Source of the DNA: a virus
DNA: 64,000 nt
Virus record (IMG/VR): IMGVR_UViG_3300047551_002099
Location: 1-64,000 of that record
Reading direction: 5' to 3' (one strand)
In this document: positions 17,834-28,279 of the stretch, piece by piece
How positions within the stretch are numbered: position 1 is the first letter of the stretch
How the letters are laid out: the number at the start of each line of letters is the position of its first letter
Notes under the pieces: generated by a model
The model's database searches: none
Told to the model about the DNA's origin: nothing
What the model saw: the letters and a program-made list of their open reading frames with translations, nothing else
Made by a program: the position numbers and the translations under genes

Positions 17834-19603
17834 ATGGCGACCACCTTTAACTTTGAAGACCGCTTTTCCTACCCCCAACCCAACGGGATTAGCCCTGGTG
17901 TTGATGCTGAAACTGCCCAAACTTTGGCAGACGATGAAATCGAGCAGGAGTCCCCAGAGTTAAAGAGTATGGCAGCTATGGTTCGTCAATACTCGGTGCT
18001 ACTAAAGCGAAAGCGCACCCTAGATATTTTTAATGTTATTACTCAGCAGACAGACCCACGCTGCGCGTTAATTCTTTCGGCAGCGCGCCGACGCAACACT
18101 AATCTTCCGCTTTTCAAAGGGATTAACGAAGTCCGGCAGGTCATGTTCAATGATGATGCTCGTAATCCTGACCCCAACCGTCCCTTAGACCAGACGTTGA
18201 ACAACCGGTTGTTCAGTGACGGGGTTCGTAGGGCTAGTGCAGCGCTTGCAGCGTCTATTTTAATGGCAGAACTACCTGAAATTCAGCGGGAGTATGCTGC
18301 AAAAGTTGAAGAACAGGCAATTGCTGACTTAGACCGGATTATTGCTACATATGAAATTCAATCCCAGTTGCCCTCTACAGATAAAACATCTGAGCCGGCA
18401 CCAATTGCTTTCTACTTTGAGCCGCTAGACTTTGAAATAGACCCGGCCTTGGAATTAGCCGTTGAGTGGTACTCCCCGTCTATTGTTAATAACTGGACAG
18501 CTGTACAGACCTATACAGGTAAGACATCAACTTGGCATATTGTCAGCGACTTAGCTGACTCAATGAATATGTACACCAGCCAGGATGTCGATAAAGCATT
18601 GCTTGCTTCTGCTGACCTGTCTGGACCTTTACTAGGTTCTTCTTACTATCACACCTTATCTTTCTACCCCCGCAAGCCTATCAACGGGGTGCTGGGTTAC
18701 TCTATTAACGTCAAGATTGAACTTCGACCGACTGGGTCCCCCCAAGAGCCCCCGATTGTGATGGGTGGGGCTACAGCTAACGAAGCAGAAGATATTTACG
18801 GGTTGTCCCCATTTAAGTGGGGCCCTTACCCCAGTTCTATCGACACTTATCCTATCAACGGTAAGATTATCGTCCTGTACTTTGGTAAGTCGGCTGCCTT
18901 GACCCCACAGGAGCTAAACGATGCCTACATACCCACAGTACTTTACTTCCGTAATAAGATTCATTACACCGGGCAACCGACAGCTCTGCTTGACCCAGAT
19001 GACCCGCTAAGCCCCCCAGACCCTGCTAGTATTATAGAACCGCTTCAGCAGGCAACTCTCCGTTTTCGAGTTCAGCCGTGGCATCCTAATATAGCCGCGA
19101 TCGATAACCAACCTGTTGAAGTCAGTGTTCCTTTTGAGCGGCTTTTAAGCGACGGCACAATAAGCCAAGTTGATCTAGATAACAGCCGGTATTCCCAAAT
19201 CGCGGTTCAGCTACTATACGAAATGTCTTATATCGACTTGTCTACTAAAGCAACTGGGTGTATCGTTCGTAATGACCCTGTAGAGCAAGCACAGCCACTA
19301 TCTGGACTAGAGTTAGTAGCGTGGGGGATTAGCAAGTCAGTATCTCACATTGTCTTGGACGTTTTAGAAATACCCCCGGATTTAGAAATGGCAACAGGTG
19401 ATTTAACTGGCCCGAAAACCTCTTTTAGCTCCAATCCCCGCTCCCTGCGGGTGAAGGTTCAGAACGAGGCATTTGCAACAAACCCTCTTCTTGAAGCTGC
19501 CGCTACGCGGGAGCCTATTGGAGTTGTCCCCAAAGCAAATACCAAAGTATGGCGAGCCATCTTAGAGGAATCTAGCTCTGTAGAAGATTCCCGGTACTAC
19601 TAA
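17834..19603 (+). CDS. Putative head-tail adaptor (Mu gp36-like N-terminal part) with long C-terminal extension
   Basis: 589 aa; VRRASAALAASILM..EYAAKVEEQAIADLDRII resembles the adaptor helical motif; position between head and tail genes. Confidence 0.5.
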   Translation: MATTFNFEDRFSYPQPNGISPGVDAETAQTLADDEIEQESPELKSMAAMVRQYSVLLKRKRTLDIFNVITQQTDPRCALILSAARRRNTNLPLFKGINEVRQVMFNDDARNPDPNRPLDQTLNNRLFSDGVRRASAALAASILMAELPEIQREYAAKVEEQAIADLDRIIATYEIQSQLPSTDKTSEPAPIAFYFEPLDFEIDPALELAVEWYSPSIVNNWTAVQTYTGKTSTWHIVSDLADSMNMYTSQDVDKALLASADLSGPLLGSSYYHTLSFYPRKPINGVLGYSINVKIELRPTGSPQEPPIVMGGATANEAEDIYGLSPFKWGPYPSSIDTYPINGKIIVLYFGKSAALTPQELNDAYIPTVLYFRNKIHYTGQPTALLDPDDPLSPPDPASIIEPLQQATLRFRVQPWHPNIAAIDNQPVEVSVPFERLLSDGTISQVDLDNSRYSQIAVQLLYEMSYIDLSTKATGCIVRNDPVEQAQPLSGLELVAWGISKSVSHIVLDVLEIPPDLEMATGDLTGPKTSFSSNPRSLRVKVQNEAFATNPLLEAAATREPIGVVPKANTKVWRAILEESSSVEDSRYY

Positions 19604-20466
19604 TGGATTTTATCTTTCCAACGGAACGACAGGCTGTCAGGGCCTTACTTAACGCTATTGCTAACCACCGTGACGTTAAGAACGCCCCTGTTTACTTTCC
19701 TGTTTTGGTTGGAGAACGTAACGCCCCACAAAAAGTCCCTGTCGTAAGTTTTAGAACCTTTGGTGGCACTGAGTACATTGAAGATGGGGTGACCTTAGCA
19801 GTCTATCCCGTGACTAGCGGTATGGGCCTGGGTAATGCGTTGACCTATCGGGATAACGTTTTAGGGAACGTTGTAGACCCTAACTATAACGTTAAAGCAA
19901 AGCTTAAACTCGTAGTGCAGTTATTTTACCGGGAAACAACCTATAACGCCCCGTTAAAGCTGTACTCTGACGCGTCTTCCTTAACTAAAGACATTGTTAA
20001 ACTGTTGCCCTACGGTCGATTGATTAAGTTTAAAGAAGATGGCTTGGACTCAGCTCCTTTAGCTGACCAGTTACCCTTAGACCGGTTCGTGACTGAAAAT
20101 ACTATTGAAGTTAACGTCCTACCCGGCGAAGAAGTTCTTCGAGATTGGATGGCTATTCTAAGGGGCGTGATCCGGGACTTACCAGTGTTGTATCCCTTCG
20201 CTATGAGAAATCCTAATATTACATTAGTGGAGTACCAAACAAGTAACTGGTTAAAGCCCGAAATTCAAAATCTAGTTTTTCACTCAGCCTACATGGTAGT
20301 CGAATACGACTTGTTTGAACCGGCGCGGACTCCCGACTACCGCCTACCGTCTATTGGAGAGAACTTATTTGTTGAAAACGACCCTGTCGTACCGCCGGAA
20401 ATCCCACCTGTTCCTTTGTACAGCCCGCCTTTAGCTGACCCACCTTCAACCATAGATGTTATATAG
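19603..20466 (+). CDS. Putative neck / tail completion protein
   Basis: 287 aa, TAATG-coupled to the previous gene, immediately upstream of the sheath; function by position. Confidence 0.5.
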   Translation: MDFIFPTERQAVRALLNAIANHRDVKNAPVYFPVLVGERNAPQKVPVVSFRTFGGTEYIEDGVTLAVYPVTSGMGLGNALTYRDNVLGNVVDPNYNVKAKLKLVVQLFYRETTYNAPLKLYSDASSLTKDIVKLLPYGRLIKFKEDGLDSAPLADQLPLDRFVTENTIEVNVLPGEEVLRDWMAILRGVIRDLPVLYPFAMRNPNITLVEYQTSNWLKPEIQNLVFHSAYMVVEYDLFEPARTPDYRLPSIGENLFVENDPVVPPEIPPVPLYSPPLADPPSTIDVI

Positions 20467-20571
20467 TTTCTTTCTTTGTTGGAACTAATAGTCTATTTGT
20501 AAGGTAGTCATTACGAATATTACGGTTGCCGTACAGAACAGGCTTTATGTGTTTGTAGTATAGGTAAAAAG

Positions 20572-23500
20572 ATGGTAGATTACTCATTTCCGAACATTTC
20601 CTTCAACTCTAAGGTTATTGGCCCCGCACCTGTTAACCCCGGCTGGCGCGATAAATATGCCATTATCGGTGAGTTTGACCGTGGCCCTGTTGTACCTGTT
20701 CAGTCTGCAGACCGGTCTGTTTTAGCTTCCCTCTACGGGGAAGATACCAGCTCTGGTTCTATTGCACTGCAGCAGGCGATGCGCCAAGGTGCTACAAACG
20801 CTGTTGTAGCCCGTGTCGTACCCAATAGCCTTCCCTCCCAACTCTATTTTGAGATTGCTGGCGACAGCCTTTTTGTTCAACCCTCGACGGGTTACGAAAG
20901 CGCAATCGCCAACACCAACGTATTAGATACGTTTAATTACACCACCGGTTTCAAGTTCACTCTGGATTACATCGGTGAACCTAACTTTGTTAGAACTGCT
21001 TATGGCGACATCAGCAGCCGTAACCGCCCCATCGACCACCCCACCTTCAACGGTCGGGCTCAGATGAACTACATGGTTACGCGTGTACAGTCTGCCGACG
21101 CTGCCCAACGAGTTGTTTACGAAGATAGCAACGAGGTTCTTGAAGTTACTCTTCACAACAGCAGCCGCGACGACTACCAACTCGTTACTTTCGAAGAAGG
21201 TAACAACGTTTACGTTGAGCAATACCTAAAGCCCGGCTTTACCCTGCGCTCTTCCACTAGCGCTCAACAAGAAGGTCTTGTGATCGCTTGTGAACCCTAC
21301 GAATATAGTGAAGGGGTAAAAGCTGTTCTGGTTAAAGGTCACTACAGCCCGGCTAACGCTTACAGCGGCGCTGTTGTTACAACCAGCGGGCTTTACAACG
21401 TTACGGTTACTGACTTTAAGAAAGGGTCTAACGTAAACAGCCCCACCCTATCTATCCTGGCTCAATCGGTTGCCCTGGTTGGTGGCAGCGCCTATGAAGT
21501 TAGCGCCGCTGTTAACAACGGTGGGAACATTGATGTCACCTTAGCAACTAATGTAACCGGCAGCGCTAAAGAAGACGCTCCTGTTTCCTTTGTTCCTAAG
21601 GTCACCACTGTCACCTACGACTCGGTTGATAAAGTTACCGATATTACCTTGACTGGTGTCTTGGCTAACACGGACATCGCTGTTGGCAGCAAGCTAACCT
21701 TTAGTGCTAAAGATGCTTCTTACACTGTTTCGGCTATCAGCACTGCCTGGTCTTCCGGCACTGTTACTGTCGAAGTAGAAGGTGACGTTCGCGCTGGTGT
21801 CAAAGTCAAAGACTACGCTTTGGTAACGACCGCTGATTCCAACGAACAGTTAGACACCTTTAAAGTTCACTTCCCGTCTGTCACGCAGTATATTCTGGGT
21901 TACAGTCTCCGCTCCTTTGACAACAGCGCGCTGCAGTCCCGGTCTACTAGCCGCTCCTATCTGACGATTGGGTCGTCTGCTACTAAACCAGTTCGCTACT
22001 TCGATGGTTTTGTGAACTACGCTGTTGATGCTTGCCTAGTCTTCCAAGAAGGTGACGGTGGTGTTTATCATAAGATTCCTTACCTGACCGGTCTGAAGAA
22101 CCTACAAGAAGCCCAGCTTCTTGAGCGGGAGTACTTTGGGCTTGAGCTTTACTTTGGTCGTCCCAATGACCGTAAAGTTTACCTAGCTGAAACCACCATC
22201 TTTAACATTCCGCTTGTTAAGAGTGAAGCGGTAATCGGCGGTGAAAGCGGCAGTGAAACGGCTTACCCGAAAGGAACCCTGGCAACAACGATTCTTCGTG
22301 ACCTTGAGTATGCTATCTACGGTGACCCGGCCATGGCGTCCATGGTTAAGGACATCAAAGTAGATATTACGCTGCTGCCCTTTAAGTTCAGCGGGGAAGC
22401 TTCTTTTGTTGGCGTTAAATCCAACCGCCTGCGCTGGAACTTGGAACGTTATGTTGCCGGCCCTAAAGCGGTTTACTCTTCTAAGTCTGGGGCTGTACTG
22501 ACCTTTGACGCGGTGCCTGATATTATCCTGGGCAAAGAAGACGACTACAGCGTCATTATCGACGGTGTTGCCTACCCCCTGACCGCTGCGTCTTCTACTA
22601 CAGTTACTGTAGACGTTGATGATCTAAGCGTCCTGGATATTCTATCCACTGGTGACGAACTGGAGTTCCGCTCCCAAGTTCAGACCAAAGATATCCTAAT
22701 CCGTCGTCAGCCTGAAGTTGACTTCGACACTCTAGACTACGGGCTAGACAAGTTCTATCCCTTCATCAACGGTCGGGATACGGCTTCCCACGCCTACGCT
22801 GATTTCTACGCACTGAATGGTAAATCCCTGATTCGCGTCGTTGCTTTAAACCCTGGTATTTACGGCAACAACATTAAAGTCAGCATCGTCCCCGATGAAG
22901 TTACCGTTAATAGCGCTAAGTTCTACCTACAAGTAGAAGACACCAACCCTGGTGTGATTCTTGGTGGGCCTAAAACTGAACTGTGGTACCTAGACAACCG
23001 GGAAATTGACCCTGAAACTGGCGCTTACCTGTCGGTTAAGCAGTCGAACCTAGTTCGCGCTTACTTCCTACCTGTAATCGAGCCGGTTAACGTTAGCGAC
23101 TTAATCAACACGATTGATGAGTCTCTGTTCCAAGGGCTGCCTCTGCGGATTGCACCACCTTTAGAAGTCCAAGATTCGGCTTATGCCTCTGGTATCACCC
23201 GTGTCACTTCCCAAGGGGGCTCTTTCATCCGTAATGTTACCCTCTCTGGTGGAACTGAGTTTGTTGACCCTGCCCCTGACGCGGCTATCCGCGCTCGCCG
23301 GGATGGTTACCTAGCTGCTCTCCGCTCTCTGGAAAAAGAAGATGTTGCTTGGATTGCTATCGCTGGCATCTACTACGGCGACAACGACTACCAAGAAGTC
23401 TTTGACGAGCTAAAAGCGCAGTGTGAACGCGCCACCACCTTGAACGGCCTCCGTCGCGGTGTTGTGAGCCTGGCTCCTAATGTGTCTCCCCGTCAAGCCT

Positions 23501-24168
23501 CTGTCCTCCGTGACCGGATTAACAGCGACAAGATTGTTCAAATTGCTGGTTCTATCCAAGGGGTTAACCTGAACGGTCAGATTTACCAAACTCAAGGCGC
23601 TACTGGCATCTACGTTGGTCTCCGCTGCGCCCGTCCGCCCCATATCTCTACCGCTTCTACCTACAGTGGTGGTTACGCCGAAAACGTAAGTTTCAGCAAC
23701 ATCAAATCTTCTCCTGATGTGTTAGACGCCTACACCCGCGGCGGTACGGAAGTGCTCTTCTACGATTCCGGTCTGAAGCTCTTTAAGTTCTTGAACGGGA
23801 TTACCACCAGCCGCGACCCCAACAAGAAGTATGTATGTGTGCTTGAAGTTTGGGACCAAATGAAGCACGACCTTTACAACTACTTGCAGTACGTCCGGTC
23901 TGAGCCCAACACTCGCGACCTTCAAAAACGGGTTGCCTCTTCTGTAGATGCTTATCTACAACAGAAGTACCGCGACGACTGGTTCATGCGGATTGCTCCT
24001 ACGATCTGTGGGCCTGCTAATAACACCGAAGCCGATATGATTCGTGGCAAGCTGTTTATCACGGTACGGGCTACGCCTACGTTCCCTGCTGACTTCATTG
24101 TCGTTAACGACATTATGGATCTCAGCGAGACCTTCAGCTTTGAAACGCAGCCTATTAGTTCTTTCTAG
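20572..24168 (+). CDS. Contractile tail sheath protein (1198 aa, large central insertion)
   Basis: N-terminal AIIGEFDRGPV..P; ALNPGIYGNNIKVSI; LSGG; C-terminal SEPNT..L..RV..VDAYL, CGPANNT..GKLFITV..P..PADFIVV. Confidence 0.9.
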   Translation: MVDYSFPNISFNSKVIGPAPVNPGWRDKYAIIGEFDRGPVVPVQSADRSVLASLYGEDTSSGSIALQQAMRQGATNAVVARVVPNSLPSQLYFEIAGDSLFVQPSTGYESAIANTNVLDTFNYTTGFKFTLDYIGEPNFVRTAYGDISSRNRPIDHPTFNGRAQMNYMVTRVQSADAAQRVVYEDSNEVLEVTLHNSSRDDYQLVTFEEGNNVYVEQYLKPGFTLRSSTSAQQEGLVIACEPYEYSEGVKAVLVKGHYSPANAYSGAVVTTSGLYNVTVTDFKKGSNVNSPTLSILAQSVALVGGSAYEVSAAVNNGGNIDVTLATNVTGSAKEDAPVSFVPKVTTVTYDSVDKVTDITLTGVLANTDIAVGSKLTFSAKDASYTVSAISTAWSSGTVTVEVEGDVRAGVKVKDYALVTTADSNEQLDTFKVHFPSVTQYILGYSLRSFDNSALQSRSTSRSYLTIGSSATKPVRYFDGFVNYAVDACLVFQEGDGGVYHKIPYLTGLKNLQEAQLLEREYFGLELYFGRPNDRKVYLAETTIFNIPLVKSEAVIGGESGSETAYPKGTLATTILRDLEYAIYGDPAMASMVKDIKVDITLLPFKFSGEASFVGVKSNRLRWNLERYVAGPKAVYSSKSGAVLTFDAVPDIILGKEDDYSVIIDGVAYPLTAASSTTVTVDVDDLSVLDILSTGDELEFRSQVQTKDILIRRQPEVDFDTLDYGLDKFYPFINGRDTASHAYADFYALNGKSLIRVVALNPGIYGNNIKVSIVPDEVTVNSAKFYLQVEDTNPGVILGGPKTELWYLDNREIDPETGAYLSVKQSNLVRAYFLPVIEPVNVSDLINTIDESLFQGLPLRIAPPLEVQDSAYASGITRVTSQGGSFIRNVTLSGGTEFVDPAPDAAIRARRDGYLAALRSLEKEDVAWIAIAGIYYGDNDYQEVFDELKAQCERATTLNGLRRGVVSLAPNVSPRQASVLRDRINSDKIVQIAGSIQGVNLNGQIYQTQGATGIYVGLRCARPPHISTASTYSGGYAENVSFSNIKSSPDVLDAYTRGGTEVLFYDSGLKLFKFLNGITTSRDPNKKYVCVLEVWDQMKHDLYNYLQYVRSEPNTRDLQKRVASSVDAYLQQKYRDDWFMRIAPTICGPANNTEADMIRGKLFITVRATPTFPADFIVVNDIMDLSETFSFETQPISSF

Positions 24169-24176
24169 ATAGATTG

Positions 24177-24203
24177 AGCCCGGTTAGTTAAGCTAGCCGG
24201 GCT
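24177..24203 (+). other. Stable hairpin between sheath and tube genes (no U-tract)
   Basis: AGCCCGGTTAG-TTAAG-CTAGCCGGGCT, 11-bp stem with one G-U pair. Confidence 0.55.
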
Positions 24204-24237
24204 GGTCTGATAACCACTGCACGTATGGAGTAAGATT

Positions 24238-24999
24238 ATGGAATTTATCACTAGAGCCGCGGTAAACAACGCGATTTTAGACCCTCTTCAAGGTTTTGAC
24301 TGTGATGTCTACGTTCAAGACCAAGCCACTGGTAAACAGCTTATTATCGGGCGCTTCACCAGTTTTCAGTTCACGGTTCGTAATGCCACTGAGCCCTACA
24401 TGGAGTTCAACCAACGAGTAGCCCGTTTACTTGACGGTGAGTTCCAGTTTGGTTGGGTGCTAGAGCGCGGTTTAATTGACACCCGCTTTCTAGAAGATAC
24501 CTTTGGTATAATGTCCTTGTCCCGTGAGCAGCGGATTTCCCGTAGCCCCCGCTTCCAGATTACGGTTGAACTGAACGCCCCTGAACTGGCCAATCCTATT
24601 GATGGTAAAGCAACAGAAGGCGCTCAAGAGTTAATGGGCGGTGAAATTGTTGTTAACAACCGTGTGACCCGCGCTGCCACTGGTAAATATCGTCTGGTTT
24701 ATGCCAAGACTGATTCTTTTACCTTCGGCGCTATGGCTGGTCGGAATGTAATCGCTACCCGCTGGGAAGGTCTCTGTGAAGGGATTTACTACAGCAATCA
24801 AGCCGATATCTGGCCTGGTCAAACCCTTGGTAAAGGCGTTAGTGTTAACAGCAACTCGCCGACGAGTAAGACTATTCTTACTGGCCGGTCGCTGTCTGAT
24901 ACGCCTGGTAGTGCCAAAGGCCCTGAGTGGGATATTTGGGGATCTCAACTGGGCGAAGCAGCCTTACCTGACGGTGGCTCCAACGGTATTCCCGAATAA
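24238..24999 (+). CDS. Tail tube protein
   Basis: 253 aa directly after the sheath, GGAG RBS; DPLQGF, IGRFTSFQF, LERGLID patterns of myovirus tube proteins. Confidence 0.8.
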   Translation: MEFITRAAVNNAILDPLQGFDCDVYVQDQATGKQLIIGRFTSFQFTVRNATEPYMEFNQRVARLLDGEFQFGWVLERGLIDTRFLEDTFGIMSLSREQRISRSPRFQITVELNAPELANPIDGKATEGAQELMGGEIVVNNRVTRAATGKYRLVYAKTDSFTFGAMAGRNVIATRWEGLCEGIYYSNQADIWPGQTLGKGVSVNSNSPTSKTILTGRSLSDTPGSAKGPEWDIWGSQLGEAALPDGGSNGIPE

Positions 25000-25002
25000 G
25001 TA

Positions 25003-25019
25003 GCACGAACCGTTCGTGT
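25003..25019. promoter_or_regulatory. Palindrome CACGAAC-C-GTTCGTG (copy 2 of 3)
   Basis: Intergenic, starts 4 nt after the tube stop; the 17-mer is the exact reverse complement of 45285-45301. Confidence 0.65.
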
Positions 25020-25045
25020 TTAGTTAAGCTGTACAACCCTTTTGG

Positions 25046-25076
25046 AAAGCACTCTATACTAGTTATAGAGTGCTTT
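25046..25076 (+). terminator. Hairpin / probable terminator after tail tube gene
   Basis: AAAGCACTCTATA-CTAGT-TATAGAGTGCTTT perfect 13-bp stem in the intergenic region. Confidence 0.6.
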
Positions 25077-25090
25077 GAACTAATTTACTA

Positions 25091-28000
25091 ATGTCTGACT
25101 CAACTAACACTCCGCCCGCGCCCACGAACAACCAACCCACCGAGCGCCAGCAAATAAAACTACAACCTAGGTTTCCGACAGATCCTTTGGTATTGGGGGC
25201 TGTCTGTCATCAGCAGCAGCAAGCCCAGTACCCTGTTTTTGCGGTTACAGACTTAGACGACAATATTATTTTTGCTAACTTTACGGAGTGGAAGTTAACC
25301 AAGGCCCGCACGAATATCAACCGCTACTGGCAGTCCAGCACTGCGTTCTTTCAATGTACGGTTGAGTTAACCGACTTAGCTAAACTAACGCCGCTATGGC
25401 CAGCTCCAGTGTTTCGCCACCAAACGACTATCCCGGCTACTAGCACTGCTTACACTCAAGGTTTGAGCTCAGAAGTTAAAGATGAACTTAAAAAACTTGT
25501 TGAGCGGTTTAAAAAAGAGTCACAGTCCTTTCAAAACCCTACGCAGGGACAAGAACTAATTGACAAATTAGTAAAAGAAGCAAGCGATGATGCTAAAACT
25601 GCTATCGCAGATATTAATACAACTGACACCTCTGGTGGTTCCATTATCTATAAGCTTGAGCAGGCATTAGATAAAGCTGAAAACAGCGACCCCCAACAAC
25701 AACAGCAACAACTGGCAATTGACGCTGCGATAGCAGCGTTCCCGTTAGGCTCTTACGACGAAATCTGTATCTACGGAGGTTATCTAGACCGGCTTCGTCC
25801 CGTAGTATCTGAAGATATTAAAGCCAACCGACTGCTACGCAAAGGTGTCTGGTCGGTAGATACCATTACCGTCAGTGGCAGTACCCCAACGGGGATTATT
25901 ATCACAGTGCAGTGCCGTGACCGACTGAAGTATTTAATGGATACTTTTGGTAGCTACAACACCGCCGAGTCCAATGAACTACTTGTTGACAAAAATGACA
26001 AGCCTGACAACAACAACGCTATTAAACGCTCACAGGTAATCTTGACCCTAGCCCGTCGAGGGATTGGTGAATACAAACAGCAAGAGTCTATCGGGGGTCG
26101 GTTTATTAATTCAGGGGTTATTTACGATATTTCTGACGCGGGTAATGAAAACACTCAGTCTGGCAATGTCTTGATGGACTTTGACCCTTACTATATGTAC
26201 AACATCGACGGTGGCGCGTTGCTGGTGTCTAACGGAACGGTAACCCAATCTAATGGCCAAACAAGCGCGACTTCGACCAACGCAACTATTTACAACACCA
26301 ATACTCCTGAAGGGAAAGCCCAATTAGAAACAGCTCTCGCAGAACTTAAAGCAAAAGCGCAAGCTCAAGCAGACAGCGAAAAAGACGACGCGGACGTTCA
26401 GGCAAAAAATGCTGAAATCCAGGCTTTGACCCCTGACACTTTTATGGCTTACCTAGACGCAAACGGAGTCAAAAGTGGTACTAATATCGGAGACATAAAC
26501 GTTAGCTCTGCGGGCAGCCTACGTGGCTCTACTGCCAACTCGCCCGTTGCTAAGGAAATGGTCTTTAATATCGTCAGTGGGCGGGTGCCTTATACCACAG
26601 CCGCTGACCAGTATTTTGGTCAGAACTTCATTGTTGCTGACCGTGTACCTCTAGACTACATACGGTTTCTGTCTCAACAGGAACCTTGGCCAACAGAAGT
26701 GTTTCAAGACAGCCGTACCGGTGAGTTCTGGTACGCACCGCGGGGGTTAGACTTGACCGGGTTGTCTGATAAGTCCCGCTTCTTTCGGACTTACTACTTT
26801 AGAAACTGGCCCAATGATTTAGCTCAAACCACTGTAGCCCCCAGCAGTAATACTCAAGCCCAACAGGCCCAACAAAGTGAAAAGTTAAAAGAGCTGACAG
26901 AGGTTAGAGACGCCCTAGCCCAAGCAATAAAGGATAACGCAGTTACCAATGCTTTAGACCAGTTTGAATCAAAATATGGGGCTAGACTTGACAAACTAGT
27001 CGGTTCTAACTCTAATTACAACGAAGCTTTGGCTAAATTAGACCAACTTATTAAAAATGAGCAGCAGTCTAGTAATACTCCGGCTCCTGCAAGTTCCACG
27101 TCAACCCTTTCTGAGCGGGCTGATTTAGACATCAGGTCGGCAACGTTAGTGGATGTTTATAAAGACATAAGCAAGGCTCTACAAGAAAACCTAAATGAGT
27201 TAAGTGGTTTTTCTGGGTACATAAATAACACCGAAGAGGAAAGAGGCCCTTACATTCGTAACTTACGTAGCTTGTCTGTCGAAGCAGCAAATTACATGAA
27301 TGTTTATAAAGAAGAAGATTACCGTATAGATATTGTTAAGTATAGAGAAGAGGTGGAAGGACGGGATGAAAAGGCAGTAATTGAAACAGCCGAGCGCTGG
27401 GCAGAAGAATTAAATGTTGCAATAGCCGATGGGGAAAAAGCTAAACAAGAACTCCAGAAGCAGGAAGGGGTGGATGAGTTGAAAGCGGCTCAAGATAAAG
27501 TCATCCCAGACTTTGGGATTGCGCACCCCCACCCTGCCCAAATGATTCATACCTTCCGGGAAGAAGTCTCTTCAGTGTCCGTCCGCACTAATATCATTGT
27601 TCAGTCCCACTCGCCTAGTACACCGGATACCATTACCCAAATTCTACATCTGTCTGTAGAGCCTTGGTTTATGAAGACCCGTGCGTATCCCTGTTCTTTT
27701 TTCACGGTAACGGACGACAGCGCCGGGACTATGAGCGGTGACAGTACTAAACGGGGCGCTCTCATTGCTTTAGCTTTATCCTACGCCCGGGTTATTGCTA
27801 AAGAACTACGGGTATCCGCTGCAACTGTTCTAGGCGACCCGTCCTTTGTCCCTGGGGAAGTTATTCAAGTGATTGGGTCACCGATGAACCCTTATGCGCT
27901 TGACCCTAAAAGTCCCTATTACTGGACGGAAGACCGAAGACAGATTGTAGATATGAACCGGCAGTACCAAGGATTAGCTAATGATTTAGCAGTGGTAGCC

Positions 28001-28276
28001 CGCTCAAATCCAGATACACCATACAGTCCACCAGAAGGCGTTGACGTTCTTACAAACCCTATCCCAGGTAAAAAGATAGTGATTTCTCCCAGCGGTACTG
28101 GACAGACTACCAACAGTGATTTTGCGCAGGCAAAGGAAAACAGAAACCAAGGGGTTAACTATATTACCTTTAAGCGGGAGCCGCCTTCGATGTGGCGGGT
28201 GGAAGGTGTTGTTGACCGCTTTATGGACGGGGTGCCTGGATACTATACCGAGTTGGCTTTACTAAGTTGCTTTTAA
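25091..28276 (+). CDS. Baseplate hub protein (gp27/gpD-like) with helical insertions
   Basis: 1061 aa; DEICIYGGY, ITVQCRDRLKYL, TGEFWY.PR, TVLGDPSFVPGEVIQV, WRVEGV..F..GYYTEL.L hub patterns. Confidence 0.7.
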   Translation: MSDSTNTPPAPTNNQPTERQQIKLQPRFPTDPLVLGAVCHQQQQAQYPVFAVTDLDDNIIFANFTEWKLTKARTNINRYWQSSTAFFQCTVELTDLAKLTPLWPAPVFRHQTTIPATSTAYTQGLSSEVKDELKKLVERFKKESQSFQNPTQGQELIDKLVKEASDDAKTAIADINTTDTSGGSIIYKLEQALDKAENSDPQQQQQQLAIDAAIAAFPLGSYDEICIYGGYLDRLRPVVSEDIKANRLLRKGVWSVDTITVSGSTPTGIIITVQCRDRLKYLMDTFGSYNTAESNELLVDKNDKPDNNNAIKRSQVILTLARRGIGEYKQQESIGGRFINSGVIYDISDAGNENTQSGNVLMDFDPYYMYNIDGGALLVSNGTVTQSNGQTSATSTNATIYNTNTPEGKAQLETALAELKAKAQAQADSEKDDADVQAKNAEIQALTPDTFMAYLDANGVKSGTNIGDINVSSAGSLRGSTANSPVAKEMVFNIVSGRVPYTTAADQYFGQNFIVADRVPLDYIRFLSQQEPWPTEVFQDSRTGEFWYAPRGLDLTGLSDKSRFFRTYYFRNWPNDLAQTTVAPSSNTQAQQAQQSEKLKELTEVRDALAQAIKDNAVTNALDQFESKYGARLDKLVGSNSNYNEALAKLDQLIKNEQQSSNTPAPASSTSTLSERADLDIRSATLVDVYKDISKALQENLNELSGFSGYINNTEEERGPYIRNLRSLSVEAANYMNVYKEEDYRIDIVKYREEVEGRDEKAVIETAERWAEELNVAIADGEKAKQELQKQEGVDELKAAQDKVIPDFGIAHPHPAQMIHTFREEVSSVSVRTNIIVQSHSPSTPDTITQILHLSVEPWFMKTRAYPCSFFTVTDDSAGTMSGDSTKRGALIALALSYARVIAKELRVSAATVLGDPSFVPGEVIQVIGSPMNPYALDPKSPYYWTEDRRQIVDMNRQYQGLANDLAVVARSNPDTPYSPPEGVDVLTNPIPGKKIVISPSGTGQTTNSDFAQAKENRNQGVNYITFKREPPSMWRVEGVVDRFMDGVPGYYTELALLSCF

Positions 28277-28279
28277 CCC

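Noticed and set aside
25003-25019. Palindrome as a Gram-positive LexA (CGAAC-N4-GTTCG) box
   Set aside because: Half-sites match but the spacer is 1 nt rather than 4 in all three copies.
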